The position numbers were made by a program, and so were the translations under genes. The notes under the pieces were generated by a model that saw only the letters and a list, made by a program, of their open reading frames with translations, ran no database searches and had not been told where the DNA came from. Below are positions 53,048-62,011 of a stretch of 64,000 nucleotides of DNA, one piece after another. Each line of letters begins with the position of its first letter. Within the stretch, counting starts at the first letter, position 1. Origin of the DNA: Gaiellaceae bacterium (lineage in GTDB: Bacteria > Actinomycetota > Thermoleophilia > Gaiellales > Gaiellaceae); the NCBI GenBank assembly GCA_036555585.1, contig DATBLE010000012.1, forward strand, positions 3,133-67,132, written 5' to 3'.

Positions 53048-56000
53048 GGTTAAGGCGGCCCGGCCTGATCGCGCAGGCGAGCGCCTTCACCTCCTGGATG
53101 TGGACGTTGGGGTCGAGGACGATCGCGGTCAGGTCGTTCGCGGAGCCGCCGGTGGTCAGCCCGCGGCTGCCCCAGTGGTAGGGCAGCCCGACCTGGTGCG
53201 TGACCCGGCCCTGGACCTCGACGGGACGGATCCGGCGGGTGACGAGCACGCGCGCCTCGATCGCGGCCCGGGGCGTCGAGATCGTCGCCCAGCCGCGGTG
53301 GGTGAGCCCGGCCTCCTCGGCCAGCTCCGGCGACACCTCGCAGAACATCGCCGGCTGGAGCTCGGCCAGGTAGGGGACGGTCCGCGTCATCCCGCCCGCC
53401 GTGTGGTGCTCGGTGAGCCGGTGGGTGGTGAGCACGTAGGGGTAGCCGTCGGCGGCCCCGTCCGCGTACCGGTTCTCGGGCCGCTCGAACTGCTGCCGGG
53501 CAGGGTTCGCGCGCTGCGGGTAGAGCGGGTTCGCGAACGGCGACTCCTGCGGCTCGTAGTGCGTCGGCAGCGGCCCGTCCTCGAGGCCCTGCGGGACGAA
53601 CAGCCAGCTGCGCCCGTCGGCCTGCATGACGAACGGGTGTGAGCCGGCGATCGCGTCCTCGGCCTTCGCGCCGTCGGGCGGAACGTAGCCCGGCTCCTTC
53701 GTCTCCTGGAAATCGGGCACGTCGTCACCCATCCACTTCCCCTCCGACTCGTCCCACCAGACGTAGCGCTTGCGCTCGGACCACGGCTTGCCCTCCGGGT
53801 CGGCCGAGGCCCGGTTGTAGATGATCCGCCGGTTGGCCGGCCAGGCCCACGCCCACTCGGGAGCGATCCGGCTCTGCTCCCAGTGCGGCTTCCGCCGTGC
53901 GGCCTGGTTGACGCCGTCGGCGAAGACGCCGCAGTAGATCCAGCAGCCGCAGCTGGTCGAGCCGTCGGCCTTCAGCTTCGGGTAGGAGTCGAGGTAGTCG
54001 CCGGTGGCGAGGTCGCGCCCGTTGATCTCGCCGAGCACGGCCTCGGCGCTCGGCTCCTGGATCTCCCCGTGGGTCGGGTAGTCCCAGGCGAGGGCGTTGA
54101 TCAGCCGGTCGCGCGGCGCCGCCGAGTCGGCAAGCCGCTCCCTGAGGATGCGGCCGAGGTGGTAGTAGAACCAGAGCTCCGAGCGGCAGTCCTCCTTCGG
54201 CTCGACCGCCTGGGCATGCCACTGCAGGAGCCGCTGCGTGTTCGTGAACGAGCCGTCCTTCTCGGTGTGCGTGGCCGCCGGCAGGAAGAAGACCTCCGTT
54301 GCGATCTCCTCGGTCTTCAGCTCGCCGGAGTCGATCTCCGGCCCGTCGTGCCAGAAGGAGGCCGACTCGATCTCGACCACGTCGCGGACGACGAGCCAGT
54401 CGAGCCTCGCCAGCCCCAGCCGGTGCGCCTTGCCGTTGGCGTTGCCGACCGCCGGGTTCTCGCCGGCGATGATGTACCCCTTCATCTTCCCGTCGAGCAT
54501 CTGCAGCGTCGCCCAGTACGCGGAGTTGTCGTCGTCGATCCGCGGCAGGTGCTCGAACAGCCAGTCGTTCTCGGCGGTCGCCTCGGCGCCGAAGTACGCC
54601 TTCATCAGGCTGACGAAGTACGCGTCCATGTGGCCCCACCAGCCGCTCGGCGCCGAGGACGCCTCCACGTACTTCGCGAAGCCGCCGTAGCTCTCCGCGT
54701 GGGGCATCGGCAGGTAGCCCGGCAGGATGTTGTAGAGCGTCGGGATGTCGGTCGAGCCCTGGATCGACGCGTGCCCGCGCAGCGCCATGATCCCGCCGCC
54801 TGGCCGCCCGATGTTGCCGAGCAGCTGCTGGACGATCGCGGCGGTGCGGATGTACTGGACGCCGACCGTGTGCTGCGTCCAGCCGACCGCGTAGACGAAC
54901 GCGCCCGTCCGCTCGCGGCCCGAGCTCTCGCAGATGGTCTCGCAGTACCAGAGGAAGTCCTCGACGCTGCAGCCGGTCGCCTCGGCGACGAGCTCGGGCG
55001 TGTACCGCGCGTAGTGCCGCTTGAGGATCTGGAGCACGCAGCGCGGGTGCTGCATCGTCTCGTCCTCCTCGGGCGGCTCGCCATGGACGAGGCCGCCGCC
55101 GTGGCCGCCGTGCCCCGACTGCTCCCCCTTCGCCTTGAACCCCTGCTCCCGCTGGCCGGCGGCGCCGTGCATCTCCATGCCCGCGTACTGCCAGCTCGAG
55201 TTGTCGTACTGGCCCTGCTCGGCGTCCCAGCCGGAGAAGAGCCCACCGGCGTCCTCGGCGTCGACGAACTGCTCGTCGATGATCACCGGCGCGTTCGTGT
55301 AGTTGCGGACGTAATCCTCGAACCAGCGGTCGTGCTCGAGGATGTAGTTGACGACGCCACCGAGGAAGGCGATGTCGGAGCCGGCGCGGATCGGGATCCA
55401 CTTGCTGGCCATCGCCGTCGTCCGCGTGAAGCGCGGGTCGACATGGATCACCTTCGCGCCGCGCTCCCTGGCCTCGATCACCCACTGGAAGCCGACCGGG
55501 TGGTTCTCGGCCATGTTCGAGCCCATGATCGTGATCACGTCCGAGTTGGCGAGGTCGCCGGGGAAGGTCGTCGCCCCGCCTCGTCCGAACGAGGTCCCCA
55601 GACTGGGGACCGTGGAGCTGTGTCATATGCGGGCCTGGTTCTCGACGCTGACCACGCCGAGCGCCGTCAGCAGCTTCTTGATCAGGTAGTTCTCTTCGTT
55701 GTCGAGGGTCGCGCCGCCGAGGTTGCCGATCGCGAGCGTCCGGTTGGCGGGCTCCCCCGCGTCCGTCCGGTCCTGCCACGTCTCCTCGCGGGTCGCCAGG
55801 ATGCGGTCGGCGATCATCTGCATCGCCCGATCGAGCGGGAGCTCCTCCCAGCTCGTGCCGTAGGGCGGCCGGTACTTCACCTCGTACTCGCGCAGCGGGC
55901 TCTGCACGTAGCTCTTCGAGGCCTGGCCCTTCGGACAGAGGCGCCCCCGGGAGACGGGGCTCGCCGGGTCGCCCTCGATGTGCGTGATCTCGCCGTCGGC

Positions 56001-56192
56001 GACGTAGACGAGCTGGCCGCAGCCGACGGCGCAGTAGGGACAGATCGAGTGGGCGACCCGGTCGGCGTCGGAGAGGCGCGAGTGGAGGCGCTTCGACCGC
56101 TCCGACTGCACCGCCGGGCCGAGCCCGAGCGGGTCGCCGTCGCGCAGCTGCCGCACGACCGGCCACCTCTCGATCAGCTCCACCAACCGCAC
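53031..56192 (-). CDS. fdhA: Formate dehydrogenase alpha subunit (Mo/W-bisPGD), selenoprotein with in-frame UGA at 55623-55625 (codon 190)
   Basis: Joins track ORF 53031-55538 to the C-terminal part of track ORF 55623-57071, in the same frame. GTG 56192 lies 5 nt after GGAAGGAGGA. N-terminal [4Fe-4S] motif SICPYCAVGCGQ. ..VSVENQARI-U-HSSTVPSLGTSFGRGG.. matches the Sec/Cys active-site block of FdnG-type enzymes. No twin-arginine signal. Confidence 0.9.
55593..55611 (-). promoter_or_regulatory. SECIS-like hairpin GGUCCCCAG-U-CUGGGGACC starting 11 nt 3' of the UGA; a second hairpin (55579-55594) follows
   Basis: Read directly. The apical region lies about 20 nt downstream of the UGA, as in bacterial SECIS elements. 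Confidence 0.55.
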
Positions 56193-56225
56193 TTCCGTCC
56201 TCCTTCCCGGCGTTGCCCCGCCGGA

Positions 56226-56271
56226 AACCGCTCGTGCTCGGGCCGGCCCGCCTGGACCGGCCCGAGCGGTT
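56226..56271 (-). terminator. Large GC hairpin (10-bp core CTCGGGCCGG/CCGGCCCGAG plus 5-bp outer helix) between the AceTr gene and fdhA
   Basis: Read directly. A short UUU follows on the minus strand. Could act as a terminator, attenuator or processing site. Confidence 0.4.
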
Positions 56272-56287
56272 CTGTCCGAGCGAGCCG

Positions 56288-57040
56288 CTACTGCCCGTGC
56301 TTGATGCCGGGCTCGGCCCACTCCAGCTCGATCGCCTCGGTCGGCTTCGCGCCCGGCTTGTTCGCCTTCGCCGAGTACTTGAACAGCGGCAGGATCGTCC
56401 GGCCGGCGGTCCCGGCCAGCATCATCCCGGTCGCCGTGTACCAGGCGAATCCGGCCGAGAAGACGAGCACCCAGCCGGCGACGGTCGCCCAGCCCTCGGA
56501 GCCGTAGATGAACGCCCCCGCGAGGATGCCGGATCCGGCCGCGAGCGTCGAGAGCACGGAGAAGAGCCCCAGGCTCTCGGCCAGCGACGCGAACGCGCCC
56601 GACGCGGTGATGATCGCGAGCGCGAAGAACCAGAACCCGACCTCGGGCTGCTTGTACCAGACGGCGGGCGCGGGAAGCGTGTGCGTCGCCAGCAGGATGT
56701 TCAGGATGCCGTAGGCGATCCAGAACGAGCCCCACATGCCGTGCATGGCAGTCGCCAGGCCGTCCCTGGCCCGGTACGACCACATGCCCGCGAGGAACTG
56801 CGCCATCCCGCCGAAGACCGCCGCGAACGGCGCGAGGTAGAGCGGCGACGTGTCGTGGTTCCCGTACCAGCCCGCCAGGTTCGCCGCGACGATGAAGGTC
56901 GCGGCGGCGAACCCGAACAGACCGAGGATGGACGGCGCGGCAATCGGCTGGAGGAAGATCCGAGGCTCGAATCCGTTGTAGTTGTGCCCGTTGCCGATCG
57001 CCGGCGCCCGTGTACCTGTCTGGCGTTCGACCGTACTCAT
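56288..57040 (-). CDS. AceTr (GPR1/FUN34/YaaH, SatP-like) family anion channel
   Basis: ATG 57040 lies 8 nt after GGAAGGAG. Six TMs. IAAPSILGLFGFAAATF, FGGMAQFLAGMWSY and GSFWIAYGIL align with SatP/YaaH blocks. Confidence 0.85.
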   Translation of the reverse strand: MSTVERQTGTRAPAIGNGHNYNGFEPRIFLQPIAAPSILGLFGFAAATFIVAANLAGWYGNHDTSPLYLAPFAAVFGGMAQFLAGMWSYRARDGLATAMHGMWGSFWIAYGILNILLATHTLPAPAVWYKQPEVGFWFFALAIITASGAFASLAESLGLFSVLSTLAAGSGILAGAFIYGSEGWATVAGWVLVFSAGFAWYTATGMMLAGTAGRTILPLFKYSAKANKPGAKPTEAIELEWAEPGIKHGQ

Positions 57041-57054
57041 TCGACCCACTCCTT

Positions 57055-57085
57055 CCTGGATAGCTCGTCATACGAGGTATCCAGG
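57055..57085. promoter_or_regulatory. 31-nt near-perfect palindrome CCTGGATAGCTCGT-CAT-ACGAGGTATCCAGG between the MarR gene and the AceTr-fdh operon
   Basis: 14-nt arms with one mismatch. Its edge overlaps the GGAAGGAG SD of the AceTr gene by 2 nt. Confidence 0.6.
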
Positions 57086-57116
57086 GCGCGGAAGGTGAAA
57101 CGTGCGGGCGGGGGAG

Positions 57117-57584
57117 CTACGCGGTGTCGGCGCCCGAGACCCGCTCGAAGCGCTCGGCGAGCCGGTCGAATGCCAGGCGGAGCTCGTCGCGGTAGGCGTC
57201 CGCTTCGAGCAGTGCGCCCTCGAGCCGGCGCCGGCCCTCGTCGGTCACGTGCAGGTGCACCACCCGCGCGTCCCCCGCGGACGGCTCGCGGACGACGAGC
57301 CCCGCCCGCTCCGCCCGGTCGATCAGCTCGGTGACGCCGTTCGGGCTGAGCTGGAGGCGCTGGGCGATCTCCCCCACGCCCGGCCGCTCGGAGCCGTGGC
57401 GGGTCCCTTCGATCTGGAGGAGGAGCAGGAACCGCTGCGGGGTGAGCCCGTGACGCCGGGCCGTCCGCTCGACGTGCCGGTCGAAGAGCCGCATCGCCGC
57501 CCGGAACTCGGCGATCTGCACGAGCCGCTCGTGGGGGATCGACGCTGGCCCGATGTCGGCCGGTGGCCGGTGCGCGTTCGCCAT
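57117..57584 (-). CDS. MarR-family transcriptional regulator (paralogue of 5804-6238)
   Basis: 155 aa from ATG 57584. LTPQRFLLLLQIEG..IAQRLQLSPNGVTELIDRAERAGLVVREPSAGDARVVHLHVTDEG. Confidence 0.85.
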   Translation of the reverse strand: MANAHRPPADIGPASIPHERLVQIAEFRAAMRLFDRHVERTARRHGLTPQRFLLLLQIEGTRHGSERPGVGEIAQRLQLSPNGVTELIDRAERAGLVVREPSAGDARVVHLHVTDEGRRRLEGALLEADAYRDELRLAFDRLAERFERVSGADTA

Positions 57585-57710
57585 CAACCGCCATTCTTGC
57601 CGCAACGGGCACAGCGAAGGGGTTGATGCGTCCACGGGACCGTCGGTTGCGAGGTCGGCCCGGCGGGAGCGAGACTTGCATCGTCTGCTGCCCGGCCGAA
57701 GGGAGGAGAG

Positions 57711-58223
57711 ATGGGGTTGCTTCGCAAGCGTGGCCCTGAGGGGACGCGGTACACGATGCGGGAGAAGATGTTCGCCATCGGCGACGACTTCTGGATCGAG
57801 ACCGAGGAGGGCGAGAAGGCGTTCAAGGTGAACGGGAAGGCGCTCCGAATCCGGGACACGTTCGTCCTGGAGAGCCCGTCCGGCGAGGAGCTGTTCACGA
57901 TCCAGGAGAAGAAGCTGAGCATCCGGGACAAGATGGAGATCGAGCGGAACGGCAAGACCGTGGCGACGATCAAGAAGGCGCTGGTCAGCCCGCTCCGGGA
58001 TCGCTACTCGATCTCGGTCGAGGACGGCGAGGACATGGAGGCGAAGGGGAACATCGTCGACCACGAGTTCAAGATCGAACGCGGCGGCAACAAGATCGCC
58101 GAGATCTCGAAGCGCTGGTTCCGGATCAGGGACACCTACGGGATCGAGGTCGCGCCCGGCCAGGACGACGGACTGATCATCGCCTGCACCGTCTGCATCG
58201 ACCAGATGGGACGTCCCGGCTAG
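57711..58223 (+). CDS. LURP-one-related (tubby C-terminal-like, DUF567) family protein
   Basis: 170 aa. MREKMFAIGDDFWIETEEGEKAFKVNGKALRIRDTFVLE..KKLSIRDKMEIERNGK..SKRWFRIRDTYGIEVAPG. Confidence 0.8.
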   Translation: MGLLRKRGPEGTRYTMREKMFAIGDDFWIETEEGEKAFKVNGKALRIRDTFVLESPSGEELFTIQEKKLSIRDKMEIERNGKTVATIKKALVSPLRDRYSISVEDGEDMEAKGNIVDHEFKIERGGNKIAEISKRWFRIRDTYGIEVAPGQDDGLIIACTVCIDQMGRPG

Positions 58224-58254
58224 ATCCGGACGCGCACGGTAGCCTGGGAGCCGG

Positions 58255-58467
58255 ATGATCCTGTTTCCGGTCGCGTTCGTCTGGGTCGTGTTCGTGGTGC
58301 TCTGGGCGCTGCGCCAGACGCTCGAGCCGACCGAGGGGCCGTGGCGTCCCTGGCGGCGGCGGAATCGGGATCCACGCAGCGGCCCGCACGGGCGGCGCAG
58401 CGCCGGCGGCGCCGGCAGCAGGAGCGCCGGCCGCTCGTCGTCCAGGCGCGCGGGCGCCGGCCGCTAG
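58255..58467 (+). CDS. Possible small membrane protein (one TM plus Arg/Gly-rich tail)
   Basis: High GC3, but the tail is low-complexity. No SD or family recognised. Confidence 0.3.
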   Translation: MILFPVAFVWVVFVVLWALRQTLEPTEGPWRPWRRRNRDPRSGPHGRRSAGGAGSRSAGRSSSRRAGAGR

Positions 58468-58477
58468 CTCGCTGCGC

Positions 58478-61393
58478 TCACGTCGCCGCGCGACGAGCCC
58501 GCTCCGCTCGCTCGACCGCCCGGGCCAGGTCGACCCGCGAGGACACTCCGACCTTGCGAAAGATGTTGCGCAGGTGCGACTCGACCGTCTTCTGGCTGAG
58601 GAACAGCTCGGCCGCGATCTCCGGATTGGTCTTGCGCTCGACGACGAGCTGCGCGAGCTGGAGCTCGCGTGCCGTCAGCGCTTCGAGCTCGGTGCCGTCG
58701 GCCTCGCCCGCGCGCGTCTGGCGGTGGATGCGATGGCCGAGCTTGCGCAGCTCGCGTTCCGCCTCGTCCCGGTAGCGCAGCGCGCCGGCCGCCTCGAACC
58801 GGCGGGCTGCCCGCTGCAGCTCCGCGGACGCACGGTCGCCGTCGCCGGCGTCCGCGAGCGCCCGGCCGGCGAGCAGCCGGGACAGCGCGGACTCGATCGG
58901 CGCTCCGACGCTCTCCGCGGCAGCGACCGACGAGAGCGCCTGCTCGGCTGCGCGGGCAGGGTCGCCGGCGGACAGCGTCACGGCGGCGGCCGCCCGCTGG
59001 GCCCAGGCGGCAGCCATCGGCAGCTGCACAGCCTCGGCCCATGCCTGCGCGGCGCCGGCTGCGCGCTTCGCCTCGGCCGGGCGGTCGAGCGCGAGCCAGC
59101 AGCGCGTGAGCACCTCCAGGTACCGCGCCCTCGGGCTGCCGGCGATGAGGACCAGCGCCTCGCCTCCCGCCGAGCCGAGGAGCAGCTCGACCGCGGACTC
59201 CGGCTGTCCCGTCTCGAGCAGGGCGGCGGCGAGGTCGGCGGCTCCCTCGGCCACGTGGAAGTTGCTCTCCGAGTCCCGACTGAGGTCGAAGCTCTCCTGC
59301 GCGGTCGCGAGCGCGAGCTCGACGTCCCCGCTCCGGAGCGCGCCGGCCGAGCGACCCAGGAGCGTCCAGATCAGCGCATGCGTGTTGCCGAGCAGGCGCG
59401 CCGCCTCGATGCCTCCGTCCAGCAGCTCGGCGGCCTCGGCCAGCTTGCCCCGCTGACGCAGGAGCCCGCCCAGCGTTGCGACGAGGAGGAGGAAGAGCTC
59501 ACCCTGCCCGGTGGCACGCGCCACGGCCAGCGCGCGATTGGCGTGCCCCTCGCCGTCGGCGTACCGGTCGAGATAGAGCTCCACGCCGGAGAGCCAGGCC
59601 GCGGCCTCCAGGTGTCGGGCCAGCTCGTCGTCCGTCAGGGCATCGACGAGGGCCGCCGCCTCCGAGCGATTCGACTCGGCCCGCCCGGCTGCCCCCAGGA
59701 TCGAGTCGGCGAGCGCGAGCTCGGCGAGGGCGGCCGCGGTCAGAGGCGCGTCTCCGAGGTTCTTCGCCGCGCGCAGCGCGCGCTCGGCCGCCGCGTGCAT
59801 CTGCTCGTGCTCCGTTCTCCAGAGTGCGTTCACGATCAGCTCGAGCATGAGCGCCACCGCCTCCGGCGAGCCCTGGTCGGGAAGGCTCGCGAGGGCGGCC
59901 GTCAGGCGCTCGCGGGCCTGTTCCTGCTGACCGAGGTTGCTCTCCACCCCGGCACAGGCGCGGGCGAGCCTGGCCCGGAGCGCGTGGGCGTCGCCGGGGA
60001 CGATCTCGAGGGCGTCCAGCAACGCGCCGTGGCTGTCGTCGAAACGGCCGACCGCCGTCAGGGCACGCGAGCGGGCGAGGAGCAATTCGATGCGCTCCTC
60101 CGCCTGCGCGTTCGCGGGCAGGAGGCGGAGCGCCTCTCCGAACCAGTGAGCGGCGCTTGCCGGTGCCAGGCGGACGGATTCCTCACCGGCCCGCCGCAGC
60201 ACCGACACGGCGCCGGAGTCCCCCTCGCGCGCGGAGCGCTCGACGTGATGCGCGAGGGCCGAAGCGGTCGCGCCCCGGGTCGCGAGCGCCTCGGCACAAC
60301 GTTCGTGGGCGCCGAGTCGCGAGCCGACGGCGGTGGTCTCGTAGACCGCGCGGCGGACGAGCGGATGCCTGAAACGGAAGCGGCGTGGGACGTCCGTGGG
60401 CCGAACGAGATCGAGCTGCAGGAGCTCGTCGAGCGCCGCGATCGCCTCGCTCTCCGAGGTGGCGGCCGCGGCCGCCGCCAGCTCGGGCTCGAAGGGATCG
60501 CCGGCGACCGCCGCTCCCTCGAGCACGAGCCGGGCGGGCGGCGAGAGGAGCGCCACCTCCTCGCTCAACGAGGCGGCGACCGCGGGCGGGACGCCGCTCT
60601 CGCTCAGCACGGAGCTCGGCCCGGCCGCTGACGCGCCCGCCGAGCGGGCGAGCTGCTCGAGGTAGAACGGATTGCCGCCGCTCTCCTCGAGGAGGGCGGT
60701 TGCGCGCGGCGCCTCGACCGACTCGCCGAGCAGCTCCCGGGCCTCCTCGGGCGTGAGCGCGCCGAGCTCGACCCGGACCAGCCCACCGGCGCGATGCGCC
60801 CGCTCGAGCGCGGCCATGAGCCGCTCGGACCCGCCGCGGGGCCGCAGCGCCAGGGCGAGCAGCACCGGCGCCACTGGCGGCCGCCGGAGCAGGGCTCCGA
60901 GCAGCTCGACGGACGCGGCGTCCGCCCAGTGCAGGTCGTCGAGCACGAGCACGAGCGTGCCCGGCGCCGCGAGCTGCTCGAGGAGCGCGCGCATCGCACG
61001 GTGCGTCCTGTACCGCTCGTGCTGGCCGGCCACGTCGCGCCCTGCGCCGAGGGCCGAGAGCGAGGGGATGACGTGGGCGAGCTCGGCCTGCGTGTCCCCG
61101 TCGAGGCGATCGAGCGAGCGCGGATCGAGCCCGCGCACGTACTCGTCGAGAGCGTCGACGAAGACGGAGAACGGCAGGTCGACCTCGAGCTCCGACGCCG
61201 ATCCCTGGAGGACGAGCCGTCCGTCCGCGTCCGCGCGCCCGGCCAGCTCGGCGAGCAGTCGCGTCTTGCCGATCCCGGGCTCGCCGACGACCTCGATCGC
61301 CGCCGTCCGGCCCTCGTCGAGGGCGCCGAGCGCCTCGCCGAGAACGCCGAGCTCTTCCGAGCGCCCCACGAAATGGTCTCCGAGCACGGGCAT
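58478..61393 (-). CDS. LAL-type (large ATP-binding LuxR) transcriptional regulator
   Basis: 971 aa. N-terminal AAA/P-loop (GEPGIGKTRLL, Walker B LVLDDLHWAD), long helical-repeat middle region, C-terminal LuxR HTH (LTARELQLAQLVVERKTNPEIAAELFLSQKTVESHLRNIFRKVGV). Confidence 0.9.
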   Translation of the reverse strand: MPVLGDHFVGRSEELGVLGEALGALDEGRTAAIEVVGEPGIGKTRLLAELAGRADADGRLVLQGSASELEVDLPFSVFVDALDEYVRGLDPRSLDRLDGDTQAELAHVIPSLSALGAGRDVAGQHERYRTHRAMRALLEQLAAPGTLVLVLDDLHWADAASVELLGALLRRPPVAPVLLALALRPRGGSERLMAALERAHRAGGLVRVELGALTPEEARELLGESVEAPRATALLEESGGNPFYLEQLARSAGASAAGPSSVLSESGVPPAVAASLSEEVALLSPPARLVLEGAAVAGDPFEPELAAAAAATSESEAIAALDELLQLDLVRPTDVPRRFRFRHPLVRRAVYETTAVGSRLGAHERCAEALATRGATASALAHHVERSAREGDSGAVSVLRRAGEESVRLAPASAAHWFGEALRLLPANAQAEERIELLLARSRALTAVGRFDDSHGALLDALEIVPGDAHALRARLARACAGVESNLGQQEQARERLTAALASLPDQGSPEAVALMLELIVNALWRTEHEQMHAAAERALRAAKNLGDAPLTAAALAELALADSILGAAGRAESNRSEAAALVDALTDDELARHLEAAAWLSGVELYLDRYADGEGHANRALAVARATGQGELFLLLVATLGGLLRQRGKLAEAAELLDGGIEAARLLGNTHALIWTLLGRSAGALRSGDVELALATAQESFDLSRDSESNFHVAEGAADLAAALLETGQPESAVELLLGSAGGEALVLIAGSPRARYLEVLTRCWLALDRPAEAKRAAGAAQAWAEAVQLPMAAAWAQRAAAAVTLSAGDPARAAEQALSSVAAAESVGAPIESALSRLLAGRALADAGDGDRASAELQRAARRFEAAGALRYRDEAERELRKLGHRIHRQTRAGEADGTELEALTARELQLAQLVVERKTNPEIAAELFLSQKTVESHLRNIFRKVGVSSRVDLARAVERAERARRAAT

Positions 61394-61503
61394 CTCGTCC
61401 TCGGGGCCGAGGATAGATCAGCGTCTCAGGAACCCAAAATGAGGGTGCAGGATCAGGGTGCTGCCCTGATGCATCGGCGGGTCGTTCGGCGCAAGCTCGG
61501 CCG

Positions 61504-61746
61504 ATGACCCGTTACCTGCTCCATCACCGGCACCAGCCCGACGAGTGCGGTGTCGTCTTCGCCTCATTCAAGGGGCACAGGAGCCCGCTGCGCCACCGGC
61601 CCACCCTCGCTTCGTGCCGCTCCGGCGGCCATGCGATCTGGTGGACGGTGGAGGCGGCCGACGAAGACGAGGCGCTCGGGCTCCTGCCGTTCTACGTCGC
61701 AGAGCGCACGACCGCGACCAGCGTGAGCGAGGTCGAGATCCCGTGA
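61504..61746 (+). CDS. Hypothetical small protein (80 aa)
   Basis: Reasonable composition and GC3; no family recognised. Confidence 0.5.
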   Translation: MTRYLLHHRHQPDECGVVFASFKGHRSPLRHRPTLASCRSGGHAIWWTVEAADEDEALGLLPFYVAERTTATSVSEVEIP

Positions 61747-61787
61747 CCGGGCAGCCGCTCGCCACCTCCGACCCCGAAGGAGGAGCC

Positions 61788-61988
61788 ATGTCCCCCGCAC
61801 TCTCCGAGATCCGCGAGCTCGCCGCGCGCGAGGCCGACGGAATCCACATCCTGCTGCTCTGGCACCCCCGCCGGAACTCGGTCTCCGTCTCGGTCGAGGA
61901 CGCGCGGGCCGGCGAGTGCTTCCAGCTCCCCGTCCCGTCGGACCGCGCGCTCGACGCCTTCTACCACCCCTTCGCCTACGCCGCCTGA
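61788..61988 (+). CDS. Hypothetical small protein (66 aa)
   Basis: ATG 61788 lies 3 nt after GAAGGAGGAG, inside the 147-aa track ORF. Sequence MSPALSEIRELAAREADGIHILLLWHPRRNSVSVSVED..FYHPFAYAA. Confidence 0.5.
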   Translation: MSPALSEIRELAAREADGIHILLLWHPRRNSVSVSVEDARAGECFQLPVPSDRALDAFYHPFAYAA

Positions 61989-62011
61989 GCGGCCCCGAAA
62001 GGAGACCCGGC

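Noticed and set aside
55623-57071. 482-aa ORF taken at face value as one protein.
   Set aside because: It is a chimera. Its last roughly 189 codons are the true N-terminus of fdhA, ending at the Sec UGA. The remainder overlaps the AceTr gene out of frame and is Arg-rich nonsense.
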